DNA from: Dehalococcoidia bacterium
Lineage (GTDB): Bacteria; Chloroflexota; Dehalococcoidia; Lucifugimonadales; VXLM01
NCBI GenBank assembly: GCA_963662435.1
Contig: OY759598.1
Location: 186,001 to 250,000 of the forward strand
Length of the DNA: 64,000 nt
Direction of reading: 5' to 3'
Of the stretch, positions 32,329 through 43,048 are shown in pieces. The notes below the pieces were generated by a model. It was not told the DNA's origin and ran no database searches. It saw only the letters and a program-made list of their open reading frames with translations. Both the position numbers and the translations under genes were made by a program. The stretch's first letter is position 1. Every line of letters begins with the position of its first letter.

Positions 32329-32580
32329 ATGACGAATAGAGTAGACGTACGGTTGGACGTGGAGCATCGGCGGCGGCTGGAAGAGTTGGCCCAGGAGCAG
32401 GGAGCGGCTATCTCCGACGTCGTGCGCAGTCTCATCGACGGGGCCTATGAGGACATCCTGCGCAATCGCCGCAAGGAGGCGATTGAACGGTTGATAGGAT
32501 TGAACGTGGAAGACCCGCCCGACCCCGAGATCCTATCACGCGAGTTGGAGGCCGCCCATGAGCCCGGCGGTCTTCATTGA
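32329..32580 (+). CDS. vapB: CopG/RHH antitoxin
   Basis: RVDVRLDVEHRRRLEELA...ISDVVRSLID; overlaps the PIN gene. Confidence 0.75.
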   Translation: MTNRVDVRLDVEHRRRLEELAQEQGAAISDVVRSLIDGAYEDILRNRRKEAIERLIGLNVEDPPDPEILSRELEAAHEPGGLH

Positions 32581-33007
32581 CGCCAACGTTCCTATCTACG
32601 CCGCTGGGGGAGACCATCCCCTCAAGGAGCCGTGCGCCCGAATTCTCCGCATAGTGGCCGAGGACCCGCGGCCCTTTGCAACCGACTCTGAGGTACTTCA
32701 GGAGCTGCTTCACCGCTACCTGGCTCAGGGACGCTGGACGTTGGGACGAGAAGTTCTCGCGGCCTTCGCCGATGCCATGCATGGCCGGGTCGAACCCGTC
32801 CATGCAGAGGACGTACTAACGGCGTCAGGTCTGGCGGATCACCATCCCGGTGCAAGCGCCCGTGACCTCGTGCACGCGGCCGTGATGCAGCGCATGGGAA
32901 CTGGCCGGATTATCTCAGCGGACACAGACTTCGACCGTATAGAGGGAGTGGAAAGGCTGGACCCTGCCCGCATTGGTGAGTGGCAGCCAACCATCTCAAC
33001 CGGGTAG
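32558..33007 (+). CDS. vapC: PIN-domain VapC toxin
   Basis: FIDANVPIYA, EVLQE, RDLVHAA, ISADTDFD. Confidence 0.9.
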   Translation: MSPAVFIDANVPIYAAGGDHPLKEPCARILRIVAEDPRPFATDSEVLQELLHRYLAQGRWTLGREVLAAFADAMHGRVEPVHAEDVLTASGLADHHPGASARDLVHAAVMQRMGTGRIISADTDFDRIEGVERLDPARIGEWQPTISTG

Positions 33008-33042
33008 AACTCCCGCAAACTGCCTATAGAGCGAACAAGTCG

Positions 33043-33567
33043 GTGACAACTTTGGCAATCCACTTCGATACAGAAGACCCCAAGTATCACAGCGCCGCTG
33101 CCGAAATTCTGCGGCGGCACGAGGATGGCGGAGCCGAGGCCAACATCACCAGCGCGGTGCGTGACCTTCTCCTCCTCACCGGCTTGGCGCGCAGCGAGCA
33201 GATGCGTGAGGAGAACCCGCCCTCCGACGGTTCCCGCCAAGCCGTTGACCTGACCGCGCTCGACACCTTCATTGAGTTCAAACGACGCATCGGGACTGCC
33301 TCTGGCGGCGCGCCCAACCCGCAGTACGTCGAGCAACTGGACGACTACCTAGCGCAGTCTGCCAAGCAGGGCAAGGTGCGCATGGGAGTCCTCACGGATG
33401 GCAAACACTGGCTGCTGCGCTGGCCCGGAGCGGGCGAGGTTCGCTTGAGCCGCCCATATGCCTTCACGTTGGAGGATCCCGACAACTGGATCGCCCTCTA
33501 CGAATGGTTGCGGGATTCAGTGCTGGTCTCCCTGGATGACATCAGTCCCGATAGGGAGGGAATCGAA
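33043..33567 (+). pseudogene. N-terminal endonuclease domain of a type IIG-like R-M enzyme, truncated by IS1595
   Basis: EANI...AVDL...FIEFKR...QLDDYL...GVLTDGKHW; reading frame runs into the IS end. Confidence 0.65.
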
Positions 33568-33657
33568 GGGGAATTATCAAGAATCTTACCCATAACCCCT
33601 TGACTTTGGCCTGCTTTTCCAATACAATACTACCCATAAAGCAAGGGAGTTTCAAGT

Positions 33658-34587
33658 ATGGCAGGCAAGAGTTATCGCAAGGGAATCACACTCGTTGAGG
33701 CAGTCCGAATGTTCGACGATGAGGACGATGTTGAGGACATGTTCATCGGCGCCCGTTGGCCGAACGGGGTATCCTGCCCCAAGTGCGGCTCGATGGACAT
33801 TCAAGAGCGGCCTACACGAAAGCCTCAGCCTTTCAGGTGCCGCTCATGCCGCAAGGATTTCTCTGTCAAGACCGGTACCGTGATGCAAGGCTCGAATCTC
33901 TCACTCTCACAGTGGGCATTGGCGGCATACCAGATGAACACCAGCTTGAAGGGCGTATCGTCAATGAAGCTGAGTCGTGACCTCGGTATCTCCCAGCAGT
34001 CGGCATGGCATCTCGCACACCGCATCCGCAAGGCGTGGGAAGACAACGGCGGGCTGTTCGGCGGCCCGGTCGAGGTCGATGAGACGTGGGTAGGTGGCAA
34101 GGAACGCAACAAGCATGAGTCCAAGCGGCAGCACGCCGGACGCGGGCCAGTTGGTAAGACGGCCGTAGTTGGGATGAAGGATAGGGAGACGGGTAAGGTC
34201 TCGTCTACCGTCGCTCACAGCACGGACAAGGAGACACTACAGGGGTTCGTGACCGAGCATGTAGACGACGAAACGATGGTCTACACCGATGAGAACCCCG
34301 CGTACCACGACCTGCCCAATCACGAGACCGTCAAGCACAGTGCTTCGGAGTACGTCAAGGGCCAGGCTCACACGAACGGTATCGAGTCCCATTGGGCGAT
34401 GCTGAAACGCGGCATCATGGGAACGTACCACCATGTGAGCGTCAAACATCTCGATAGGTACGTCACGGAGTTCGAGGGCCGTCACAACAACCGACCGTCC
34501 GACACGATGGAGCAAATCCACACGGTGATTCGCGGCATGGAAGGCAAGCAGCTCCGATACCGCGACCTCACAGCGGACGCCGCATAA
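33658..34587 (+). CDS. IS1595-family transposase, intact
   Basis: CPKCG...CRSC, EVDETW, YTDE, HTNGIESHWAMLKRG, YVTEF. Confidence 0.92.
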   Translation: MAGKSYRKGITLVEAVRMFDDEDDVEDMFIGARWPNGVSCPKCGSMDIQERPTRKPQPFRCRSCRKDFSVKTGTVMQGSNLSLSQWALAAYQMNTSLKGVSSMKLSRDLGISQQSAWHLAHRIRKAWEDNGGLFGGPVEVDETWVGGKERNKHESKRQHAGRGPVGKTAVVGMKDRETGKVSSTVAHSTDKETLQGFVTEHVDDETMVYTDENPAYHDLPNHETVKHSASEYVKGQAHTNGIESHWAMLKRGIMGTYHHVSVKHLDRYVTEFEGRHNNRPSDTMEQIHTVIRGMEGKQLRYRDLTADAA

Positions 34588-35966
34588 TGGCCGTTGCGAA
34601 CTTCGTCGATAAGACGGTCTGGACGGGCGACAACCTCGATATCCTTCGAGGCATGAACAGTGAATGCGTTGATCTCATATACCTCGACCCGCCCTTCAAC
34701 TCGAACCGCAACTATGAGGCCCCAGTAGGCAGCAAAGCGGCAGGCGCGGCCTTCAAGGATACGTGGTCGCTCAGTGACCTCGACGTTGCATGGATGGGGC
34801 TCATTGCCGATGAACACCCCGCGATTGCCTACATGCTCGACACCACGGGGAAGGTGCATGGCAAGGGGATGCAGTCGTACCTCACAATGATGGCGGCGCG
34901 GCTCTTGGAGATGCGGCGCGTTCTCAAGCCTACGGGCAGCATCTACCTTCATTGCGACCCCTACGCATCTCACTATCTCAAGATGCTTATGGATAGCATA
35001 TTTGTTCGGGGTGGGTAATTATCGAGACGAAATTGTGTGGAATAGAGCGGCAGAAAATCTATCTCGGAAGAAATGGCGAAGGGCCTCTGAGATAATCCTG
35101 TACTACTCAAATGGCTCGGTGTGGACATGGAATCCACAGTACGACCCTCTAAACCCTCAGCAAGTATCCCGTGATTACCGATATGAGGATGAACAAGGAC
35201 GATACACAACGACATCGTGCACTAACAATGCCGACCGCCCCAACATGATTTATGAATTCAATGGCAATGTTCGTCAATGGCGATACTCGAAAGAAACAAT
35301 GTTGCGATATGAGCGGGAAGGGATGCTAGTCTATAACGCCCAGGGTATTCCTAGACGTAAGCGGTACCTGTCCAGTGTTTCAGGACGCTTGATGACCAAC
35401 GTTTGGTCGGACATCAAGGTGTTGTCGAGCAACCAGCGGGAGCGCACGGGTTTCCCGACGCAGAAGCCGCTTGCGTTGTACGAGCGCATCATCAAGGCGT
35501 CCAGTAACCCCGGCGACGTGGTACTCGATCCGTTTTGTGGGTGCGCTACGGCGTGCATAGCAGCTGAGAAACTCGGTAGGCAGTGTGGGTAGGGATTGAT
35601 CTGTCTCCGAAGGCGGCGGAGTTGGTCAACGTGCGCCTTGCCGAATACATGGGAGACCTGTTCCATAACCGCCTTGTGACGACTCGGACGGACATTCCCA
35701 AGCGAACGGACATCGACGCTCCAAAGAACTACCGGCAGAATAAGCACGTCCTCTACGGACGGCAGGAAGGGTATTGCGCAGGCTGCAAAATGTTCATGGA
35801 GTTCCGTCACTTCGAGGTAGACCACATGGTGCCTCAATCGCGTGGGGGGTCCGACCACTTGGACAATCTGCAATTGTTGTGCGGCCATTGCAACCGCACG
35901 AAGGGAAACAGGCCGCAAGAGTACCTGATAGCACGACTCAAGGAGATGGAATATGCCACGTCGTAA
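34587..35966 (+). pseudogene. Beta-class DNA methyltransferase-HNH fusion with two frameshifts (near 35002 and 35585)
   Basis: [30 protein letters not shown]...EVDHMVPQSRGG...NLQLLCGHCNRTKG; TAATG-coupled to the transposase. Confidence 0.85.
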
Positions 35967-36078
35967 GCCGAAACGTTCCCGTGGTCGTCCTGAGAAGCTG
36001 ATACGGCCTATCCCTGGGCCGTTCGAGAACGTCATAAAGGCGCTGGTTCAGCCGGTGAAAAGGCCGGAGAAATCCTGA
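35953..36078 (+). CDS. 41-aa basic Pro-rich passenger peptide
   Basis: MPRRKPKRSRGRPEKLIRPIPGPFENVIKALVQPVKRPEKS, AGGAG upstream, ends just inside the IR. Confidence 0.5.
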   Translation: MPRRKPKRSRGRPEKLIRPIPGPFENVIKALVQPVKRPEKS

Positions 36079-36119
36079 GCGACGGAAGGGATTATGGGTA
36101 AGATTCTTGATAATTCCCC

Positions 36120-36275
36120 AAAGAAACGCTGCGCAAGGTTGAGTCCGCAGTTGAACGCTACAAGGTTGAGGTCGACAAGAACCCCAGCCTCAACCCGCTT
36201 AGTAAAAGGCGTTACAAATACTATGCGGAACTGTTCTTACGCTGGTTGAACGACGATTTTGAGCATCGACGGTAG
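36120..36275 (+). pseudogene. 3' fragment of a small helical hypothetical gene cut by the IS
   Basis: KETLRKVESAVERYKVEV...YAELFLRWLNDDFEHRR*; unrelated to the left flank. Confidence 0.4.
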
Positions 36276-36559
36276 TGTTGAGTATTCACAAGGACAGTTG
36301 TTGAAACTGCGTTGTGGACTATGACGGAAAAGTCAACGAATGTTGGGACCCCAAGCATAGGCTCAATTAGTGCGGTCCGTACATTGCCCTCGGTGCGGCC
36401 ATCGATATCGCCTTCTCGACCAGTTCCGACGTAAAGCTATGCTCGGGCTACAATCCCAATCACGGGATTGAATGAAGGTCTCACTCCACCTCTACACGGA
36501 CGCGGTGCCAAACCATCATCGCTTTGCACATCGCCCCCATCATAGCGTCAACTCCCACC

Positions 36560-36904
36560 ATGATCGCTACGGTGGGGGTCAGGTTTCAGCCCCCTGACTG
36601 TCTGACGTTGGGGCGCACTGTCTCGTGGAGTCCTTACCAAGTTCCGTCTAGTGTCCATCTGCGGAAGTATTTGTACACTGTCTGCTAGGGTGGGAGATCG
36701 TGTGGAAGCTTACGCCACGGGTATCCGGTACGCAGCACATACACGATGCCATTGACTACCTCACGTATATCGACTGTGCGCGGCCGTCCTCCAGGCTTGG
36801 CTGGCGGGAGCAAGGAAAGCAGAATGTCCCACCCTTCGTCGGTAAGGTCGCTAGGGTATGGTTTGCGTCTCATACAACAAGTCTAAGACTTTGGAAACAC
36901 CCTT
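36560..36904 (-). mobile_element. Truncated, degenerate copy of the IS5 at 21763-22608
   Basis: Near-identical IR and orfA start; TGG changed to TAG at 36685-36687; orfB missing. Confidence 0.85.
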
Positions 36905-37156
36905 TTACCGGGCCGCAGCCACGACGCCCGCCTCTGGCGAGCCTTCGCATCAAACGAAAGTCACCTGACGGCATTGGAAAGGACGCCGAGATTCAAGGCT
37001 CGGCGCCCTCCCTTGCACGTCCATGTGCGCGGCTTTATTACGTTAACGAAGGAGACGAACGGTGGAGGCGCGATACGAGCTGATGTGGACACCTGGCATC
37101 GAGTACGAGAGACTGCCGAGCCGGATACACGAAAACAACATCGGACGGAGAGTGGA

Positions 37157-37342
37157 ATGGTCGAACTGACGGCGTATTCGGTGAAGTTGAAGAAGGTGGT
37201 AGCCATCAAGGACCCGGACTTGGTCACCTTGAAGAACGGACGGATGGCGGTTCAAGGAGTCGCAGAGGAGGACCCGTCGAGCAGGGTTACGAGAATTGTG
37301 AGTGACAAGCAGGCGGAGGAGGTCCGGCGGATGCTCGGATGA
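37157..37342 (+). CDS. Small DUF5679-like protein lacking cysteines
   Basis: AYSVKLKKVVAIKDPDLVTLKNGRMAVQGV...RI; GGAG RBS. Confidence 0.55.
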   Translation: MVELTAYSVKLKKVVAIKDPDLVTLKNGRMAVQGVAEEDPSSRVTRIVSDKQAEEVRRMLG

Positions 37343-37524
37343 GGGGCGTTGGCGGCCCGTATTCGCTATTTCGCGGATTGAGACGGCCAGATGGGGACTG
37401 CTTTCCTCCCATGAGCCCCAGCCGGATGGACGCACCCCCGTTAACGCAAAAAGGGCGGCACATACGGGCAAGCAGGGTGGAGGACACCGAGATTCGGTCG
37501 GTATCCTCCACCCTGTATGGTAGT

Positions 37525-39930
37525 CTAGCGTCCCACGTCGGCTGGCAGCGTCTCCAGTTCCTGCTCCAATGCCCACTCGAACATGGACATAGAGGCGGGC
37601 TGTGCCATGCGCTTGCGGCCCTTCGGCTTCACCGGCTCGGCCATGAACTCCGCCCAGGAGAACAGCGACTGCTGCGGCTCCTCAGCCTCGTCTTGGTGAC
37701 CGTTCCCGTTGACCGAGACGGCCTCGTGACCGTTCCCGTTGGCATGGCGGGCGCTGGCCGGCACCAACTCGACCGTCGGCCCGATGCCGATAGCGTCGCG
37801 GTGTCCGTTGCCATTGGCGTGTTGACCGTTGCCGTTGACCCCAATAGTCTCCGGCTCTATCTCCACCGGCTTCCAGCCGTCGTCCACCAGCAGCTCCTCG
37901 GCGGTGGCCTCGGTGTTCCGCGCCTGGGCGAAGACCGCCTCCACCGTCTCGACTTCCTCATCTTCCTCCTCGCCGCTGACGATCTTGCGGGCCAGGGCCA
38001 TCATCATGTCGTCACCGTCGTCGCCGAATGCAGCCAGCCCGTCCTCCGGCAGCTCGCCCTCGACGGCGAGGGAGCTTTGCATCTTCTTCGCCACCAGCTT
38101 CAGTGCGTCCGCCTGAAGCGTGTTCCGGTAGGCCAGGAACACCACCTTCACCGGGCGGGTCTGCCCGATGCGCCACGACCGGCGCGACGCCTGCCGGACG
38201 ACGTACACGCTATAATCCGTTTCGTCCCAAACGATTGTCGGGAAGTCGATGAGGTCGAGTCCTGTCTGCACCAGCCGAGGGTGGCACACCAGAACGTCGA
38301 TGCCCTGTTTGACCCTGTCGGCGACCCATGCCTCCCTCCGCTTGGGCTCGACGGCGTCGGACTTCATCACCGCCACGCGGAAGCCGTGCCGGGTGAGGAT
38401 GTCGTCCATCCGCCCGGTGATGTCCCGCGTGCCCGTATGGGTGACGTAGACCAGCACCCGACGGCCCTCCAGCCGCTCGGCGGCCACCAGGTCCACCAGG
38501 GCCTTCTCCTTCGGGTAGAGTTTTTCGTGAGACAGTGGAGGAACCTGGACTATTACATCGCCCGTCCTAGGGTCGAAGACCGTCTCTCCCTTTGTGCAGC
38601 CGTCCGGGTACGCTAAGAGTGTTTGCAGGTAGGTCGCCAGCAGCCGCTTGGAACCCTTCTTGAGTGCCTCCGCCAGTTGCTTCCTCAGTTCCTCGAACAC
38701 GGTGTCGTAGGCCGTGCGTTGGGAGTACCCGGTCGCGTCCTCCTCGGCGTCCATCGAGGACATGAGCACCTGCTCCTCGTAGTCCGGCAGGCCCGAGGCC
38801 ACGTCGGAGAGGCGCAGGAACACCGTGTTGCTTATTATGTGGAACAGCGCCGATGGCACGAGGCCCGGCCTCTCCCGCACCGTCTTGCGGAACTTGCGTC
38901 TGCGGCTGTACCTGCCGTCCTCCGTCGATTCGTCGTCGGGCTTGCCGATGGTGTGCTCCTCGAAGCCGTACCGCTTGATCCAGCGGTGCTCGTCGGAACG
39001 CCCGAACTCGGTCCTGATTTCGGGCGAGAACCGATAGAGAAGGTGGAAGATTGTACTTGCGTAACCGCCAAGCAAGGTCCCGGTAAGGCTGAGGGACTTC
39101 CCGCAGGCGTCTGCGAGGACTCCGGCTGCGATGCCCTGGGCCGAGCCGCGAGACTTAAACTCATGCACCTCGTCACCTACGAGCAGGTCGAAGAAGCCCC
39201 TCATGTGGTGCTTCACGTAGTCGCTGAGCGGGTAGCGCTTCGGGCCCGAGTTGTCGGCCTGCCAGAGGGGAGAGCCGCATCCGGCGCAGACGTGCTTCTT
39301 ACGGTTGAGGACCCTGTCCGTGAGGGGAACGCCGTCCTTGTCCACGGCCTGCGCTGTGCAGACGGGGCAGCAGGGCACTCGGAAGGGCTCGCCCGTCTCC
39401 TCCACTCTTATGAGCCTGCCCTTGGACGTCGCCCACCGCTGGATGACGGCGGCCTTCCAGCGGTACGACAGCTTTGCTTTCTCCCGGCTCATCACCGCGA
39501 AGAGGGGTCCTGTGCCGATGGAGAACCTGAGCCGCTCCAGGTCGGTGATGGACTCGACGATGGCGGCTCGTGCACCGGGCACCGTCATCTCCACCTCCCG
39601 CTTCCACTTGGGCACCAGGTGCGGCGGGCAAATCACCAGGATCCGCTTGAAGCCCGCCATGTACGCGGCGGCGGCTCCAACAAAAGTCTTACCGGTGCCC
39701 ATCTCGCCGACCACCGTGGTGCCCCGGTGGGCCTTGAGAGAGAGGGCCGCGCCCCTGATGGCGTCGGCCTGCGCCCCCAGGGGCTTTCTGAGCAGCCTGG
39801 GGAGCGTGCCGCCGTTCTCCGAGAGCCTGCCCCGCACTTGACGCGGGGGCCGGTAGAGCGGCGGGTAGGACTCGACCACCCGTTGGGCTATCGCGTCCTT
39901 GAAGGTGTCGATGAAGTCTCCGAGGTTCAT
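37525..39930 (-). CDS. SF2 (SNF2/DEAD-like) helicase of the ICE-associated type
   Basis: GEMGTGKT, DEVHE, LTGT, VQTGLDL, QASRRSWRIGQ; AGGAGG RBS. Confidence 0.85.
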   Translation of the reverse strand: MNLGDFIDTFKDAIAQRVVESYPPLYRPPRQVRGRLSENGGTLPRLLRKPLGAQADAIRGAALSLKAHRGTTVVGEMGTGKTFVGAAAAYMAGFKRILVICPPHLVPKWKREVEMTVPGARAAIVESITDLERLRFSIGTGPLFAVMSREKAKLSYRWKAAVIQRWATSKGRLIRVEETGEPFRVPCCPVCTAQAVDKDGVPLTDRVLNRKKHVCAGCGSPLWQADNSGPKRYPLSDYVKHHMRGFFDLLVGDEVHEFKSRGSAQGIAAGVLADACGKSLSLTGTLLGGYASTIFHLLYRFSPEIRTEFGRSDEHRWIKRYGFEEHTIGKPDDESTEDGRYSRRRKFRKTVRERPGLVPSALFHIISNTVFLRLSDVASGLPDYEEQVLMSSMDAEEDATGYSQRTAYDTVFEELRKQLAEALKKGSKRLLATYLQTLLAYPDGCTKGETVFDPRTGDVIVQVPPLSHEKLYPKEKALVDLVAAERLEGRRVLVYVTHTGTRDITGRMDDILTRHGFRVAVMKSDAVEPKRREAWVADRVKQGIDVLVCHPRLVQTGLDLIDFPTIVWDETDYSVYVVRQASRRSWRIGQTRPVKVVFLAYRNTLQADALKLVAKKMQSSLAVEGELPEDGLAAFGDDGDDMMMALARKIVSGEEEDEEVETVEAVFAQARNTEATAEELLVDDGWKPVEIEPETIGVNGNGQHANGNGHRDAIGIGPTVELVPASARHANGNGHEAVSVNGNGHQDEAEEPQQSLFSWAEFMAEPVKPKGRKRMAQPASMSMFEWALEQELETLPADVGR

Positions 39931-40116
39931 GTCGTGTCGTCCTCCTTTCGGTGATAGCCGGAGGACGACGCCGGGACCCGGACTGCGCCCCGCCGGGGGC
40001 GACCGGGTTCAGGCAACGCCCGCGGCGATTGCTCGAACGTGCGAGCCCCCGTTAGCGGGACTCGTGGAGCGGGACGGAAGTCCGCGTCCCGGCTGAATGC
40101 CACCGGATGCGTGCGC

Positions 40117-41238
40117 TCACGCGGCCTCCGCCTGGGTCAGCATGGCGGAATAGCCTCTCTCGACAACGTGAGTCACCGACACCCGGCCCCTGCCGTCGTA
40201 ACCCGCGCGGTACGCGTACTCGACGTCGGCGCCCCAGGGCACGTGACCGCCAACTCGAACGGCGCCGCCCCCAGCCTTGCCGCCACGTCCGGGCCCACCG
40301 GCGCCGCGCACCACCTTCCCGTGCCGCTCGCCCTTCCGCCAGCCCAGCACCTTCACCTCGGCGGGCATGACCCGCTCCTCCGCCTTCGTCCTCTTGAACA
40401 GCACCCCGTGCATCTCGCTGAGAACGCTCGCCGACGGGCTGGCCTTGCCGTTCATGATCTGGGAGAGGTGGGAGGAACTGATGCCGACGCGCCGGGCGAC
40501 TTCATTCTGGCTGATGCCGTGAGCGTTCATCCGGTCCCACAGAACCTGGGGGTCGACGCAGGCAGGCTGCGCCGGCGCGACCTTCGGCGGGGCCTCCAGC
40601 GCCGACTGGAGCCTGGCCTGGACCTTCACTCCCATGTTCCTGTGACCCCGCGCCACCATGCTCATGTAGCTGGCGGACACGCCGACCCTCTCGGCCAACT
40701 CCCTCATGGTCATGCCCAAGGCGCGGGCGCGCTCCCGGATGTAGCTGCTCTCACCGTTCTCCACGACGCTCCCCTGGCGGTTGGCGCATGCGGCGGGGGC
40801 GACCTTCGCCGGGGCCTGCAACGCCGACTCGACCCTCGCCTGCACCTTCACGCCCATGTTCTGGCGGCCGCGAGCCACCTGCGTCATGTAGCCGTAGGAC
40901 ACCTCCGCGTGGTCGGCTAGCTCCCGCATGGTCATGCCCATCTCGCGGGCGCGCTCGCGGATGTAGCTGCTCTCGCTGCTCACCGCCACTCCGCCCCGGC
41001 GGTAGACGGTCCCCTGGCCGGGGACCTCGCCCAGCGCCGCCATGACCTTCTCGCGCATTTTGGGGGTCCACGGCCTGTGCCCGTTGGCCACCTGCGACAG
41101 GTAGCCAGCCGACACGCCCATCAGGGCCGCGAGGTCCTTCATGGTGACTCCCCGCCGCCTCGCCGCAGCCCTCAGCTCGCTCTCCCGTCCCGCCGTCTCC
41201 GTCTTCCCGGTACCGGTTGCCATCGTTGCCGTCGTCAT
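40117..41238 (-). CDS. Regulator with four tandem XRE-type HTH domains and a Gly-rich C-terminal domain
   Basis: Four units of the type T/S-x-x-x-L/V-A-x-x-x-x-V/I-S-x-x-Y/H; ESSYIRERAR linker twice; AGGAGG RBS. Confidence 0.8.
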   Translation of the reverse strand: MTTATMATGTGKTETAGRESELRAAARRRGVTMKDLAALMGVSAGYLSQVANGHRPWTPKMREKVMAALGEVPGQGTVYRRGGVAVSSESSYIRERAREMGMTMRELADHAEVSYGYMTQVARGRQNMGVKVQARVESALQAPAKVAPAACANRQGSVVENGESSYIRERARALGMTMRELAERVGVSASYMSMVARGHRNMGVKVQARLQSALEAPPKVAPAQPACVDPQVLWDRMNAHGISQNEVARRVGISSSHLSQIMNGKASPSASVLSEMHGVLFKRTKAEERVMPAEVKVLGWRKGERHGKVVRGAGGPGRGGKAGGGAVRVGGHVPWGADVEYAYRAGYDGRGRVSVTHVVERGYSAMLTQAEAA

Positions 41239-41659
41239 GTCGCTTCCTCCTGTAATGAAGAAGCGGGACGGCCCCCCTGTGGGAGACAGTCCCGCTTGGT
41301 GTAGCGTCCCGGTAGCCGGGACTGTCTCCCTGGGTGTTGTTGTTGTGGCCAATGGCCGGGTGCGTCGTCCCGTGCGTGGGAATCCGTGTGCGGTGCAGAC
41401 CCCGGATCAAGTCAAAGGCGTGCTCCGTCGTGAGTTGGGCATAGGTCCTCCCAAGTGGTGAAAGTGGGATGGGTGAGGCGGGACCAGGTCCCGTGAGCAA
41501 GGAGCGGAGCGTCAAAGCTCCACCGTGGGGGTGGACACCAGGCTCCTGCCTAGCGGAGCGCCCGGCCCGTGCGAGCAAGTTCAAGCAGGCGGCGCGGCTA
41601 ACCTTGCAAGTTTGAGAGGATGCGACGACGACGTCACCGGAGAGGTGACGAGAATCGGG

Positions 41660-42133
41660 TCAAGGGCAGGCCCCTCCAAGGGGCCGAAGCCCGCGCAGGC
41701 TGCGGGCCGACACGACCTTGCCGGGCCGCCAGCGCATCCCCATGACCGCCGCGACCTCGAGCGTCCCGCCGTGACCGGTGGGAACCAGGGCGGCTGCCCG
41801 GCCCACGCCCTGGCTGTATACCACCGGGTCCCGCTCACCGAACCGCCGATTCACCAACTGCTTCCACTCGGAGAAGGCCCACCGCGCCTGATTCGTCTCC
41901 GCACTCGCCGTGTCCACGTCGGCGAGGAGCGCCAGGGCCCCGTCGACGTCCCCCGCCTGCCGGAGTCTCCGCGCCTCGTGGGTCGAGCGCGCCGCGCTCG
42001 CCTCCGCTGTCTCTTTCTCCGCTCCGAACATCGCCTGGAAGAGCCGATCCACCAGCTCTTCGAGGCTGCACCGGGGCTGTGCTTCCGCCGTCTCCATCGT
42101 CCGATTACCTACTACCAATGTTGCCGTCGTCAT
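41660..42133 (-). CDS. Hypothetical protein in the ICE-like cluster
   Basis: Strong RBS; co-directional; same MTTAT start as the HTH gene. Confidence 0.6.
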   Translation of the reverse strand: MTTATLVVGNRTMETAEAQPRCSLEELVDRLFQAMFGAEKETAEASAARSTHEARRLRQAGDVDGALALLADVDTASAETNQARWAFSEWKQLVNRRFGERDPVVYSQGVGRAAALVPTGHGGTLEVAAVMGMRWRPGKVVSARSLRGLRPLGGACP

Positions 42134-42292
42134 AGTCCTCTCTCCTTTCGAGGTCTTGTGTTTACTTCCGTGATTCACAGCAGCAGGGGCGCGAGCATGA
42201 GGGCCAGCGCCGCCATCGCCATGAACTCCGACCTGTGTCTCCTAACTCAGCGAACGGGTCGCCATGTCTTACTCGCGTGATGACGAACCCGA

Positions 42293-42523
42293 CTACCGAT
42301 CTCCATTCCCTCGCCTCCTTCCGAACCGCGTGAGCCGCCTGAATAGCAGCACAGCGATGCCGAGTCCTAGCGCGTTGAGCACGAATAGCTCTCCGTCCCT
42401 GGTGAGCGCCAGCGGCACGACCAGCAGCAATACCACCGCGACCGTGACCGTCATTCGCCTGAGCCGCATTGCGAACCCGACGACTAATCCAATGAACCGT
42501 ATGACCCGTTTCCAAACATGCAT
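42293..42523 (-). CDS. Small membrane protein
   Basis: AGGAGG RBS; hydrophobic segments. Confidence 0.5.
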   Translation of the reverse strand: MHVWKRVIRFIGLVVGFAMRLRRMTVTVAVVLLLVVPLALTRDGELFVLNALGLGIAVLLFRRLTRFGRRRGNGDR

Positions 42524-43048
42524 GTGTGCACCTCCTTTGCTCTTGGCTTCGCGCCGCATCCGAAGCGCGAGGTTCTTGTGTAGGGTTGTCCTGACGTTTA
42601 TGCACTCCCGCTCGGCGGATGCAATCGAACGCGGGCGCGAGAAAAATGCGCCGACCGCAACGGGGGAGTCGCGGGACGGCGTGAGGGGGAAAAGGCGCAG
42701 CTCGGCCTGGGGTAATGGGGAATCGCCGGGGAGCTGCGACGGGGGAAGTGCGAATCGACTGAATGCCGAACGCGGGGCGAAAGAGTTGAGGGGAAAGGTG
42801 ACGCAGTCCTACCAGAGTCGAGGTGTTCGATCTGAGGAGCTGCGTCGAGGGGCGAGCGACCGGACCGCGACGTCATCATCACGGAACCGACGCATGTGAG
42901 GGGAGCCTACGACCCGGCCAGTGCGTGACTGTGTCGCAGGCATGAGGAACCGGTCGGAGCGAAATGATCACTCCGAATCCGGCTGTGGCCATCGGACGAA
43001 GCGCGTGAAGCGCCGCGTCCAGTCTGTCCCCGACGTTCGAAGCGGCGT

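Larger units (their letters stand above)
33568..36119 (+). mobile_element. Second IS1595-family transporter IS carrying a methyltransferase-HNH gene
   Basis: 34-bp IRs GGGGAATTATCAAGAATCTTACCCATAA(C/T)CCCTT with 1 mismatch; no target duplication. Confidence 0.9.

Noticed and set aside
1073..36119. The two IS1595 elements as ends of one composite transposon
   Set aside because: Their IRs share only about 10 terminal bases, each element has its own IR pair, and no outer target duplication is visible
37339..40920. Long plus-strand ORFs (37339-38616, 38623-39954, 40039-40920)
   Set aside because: Shadows of the minus-strand helicase and HTH genes, with no motifs of their own
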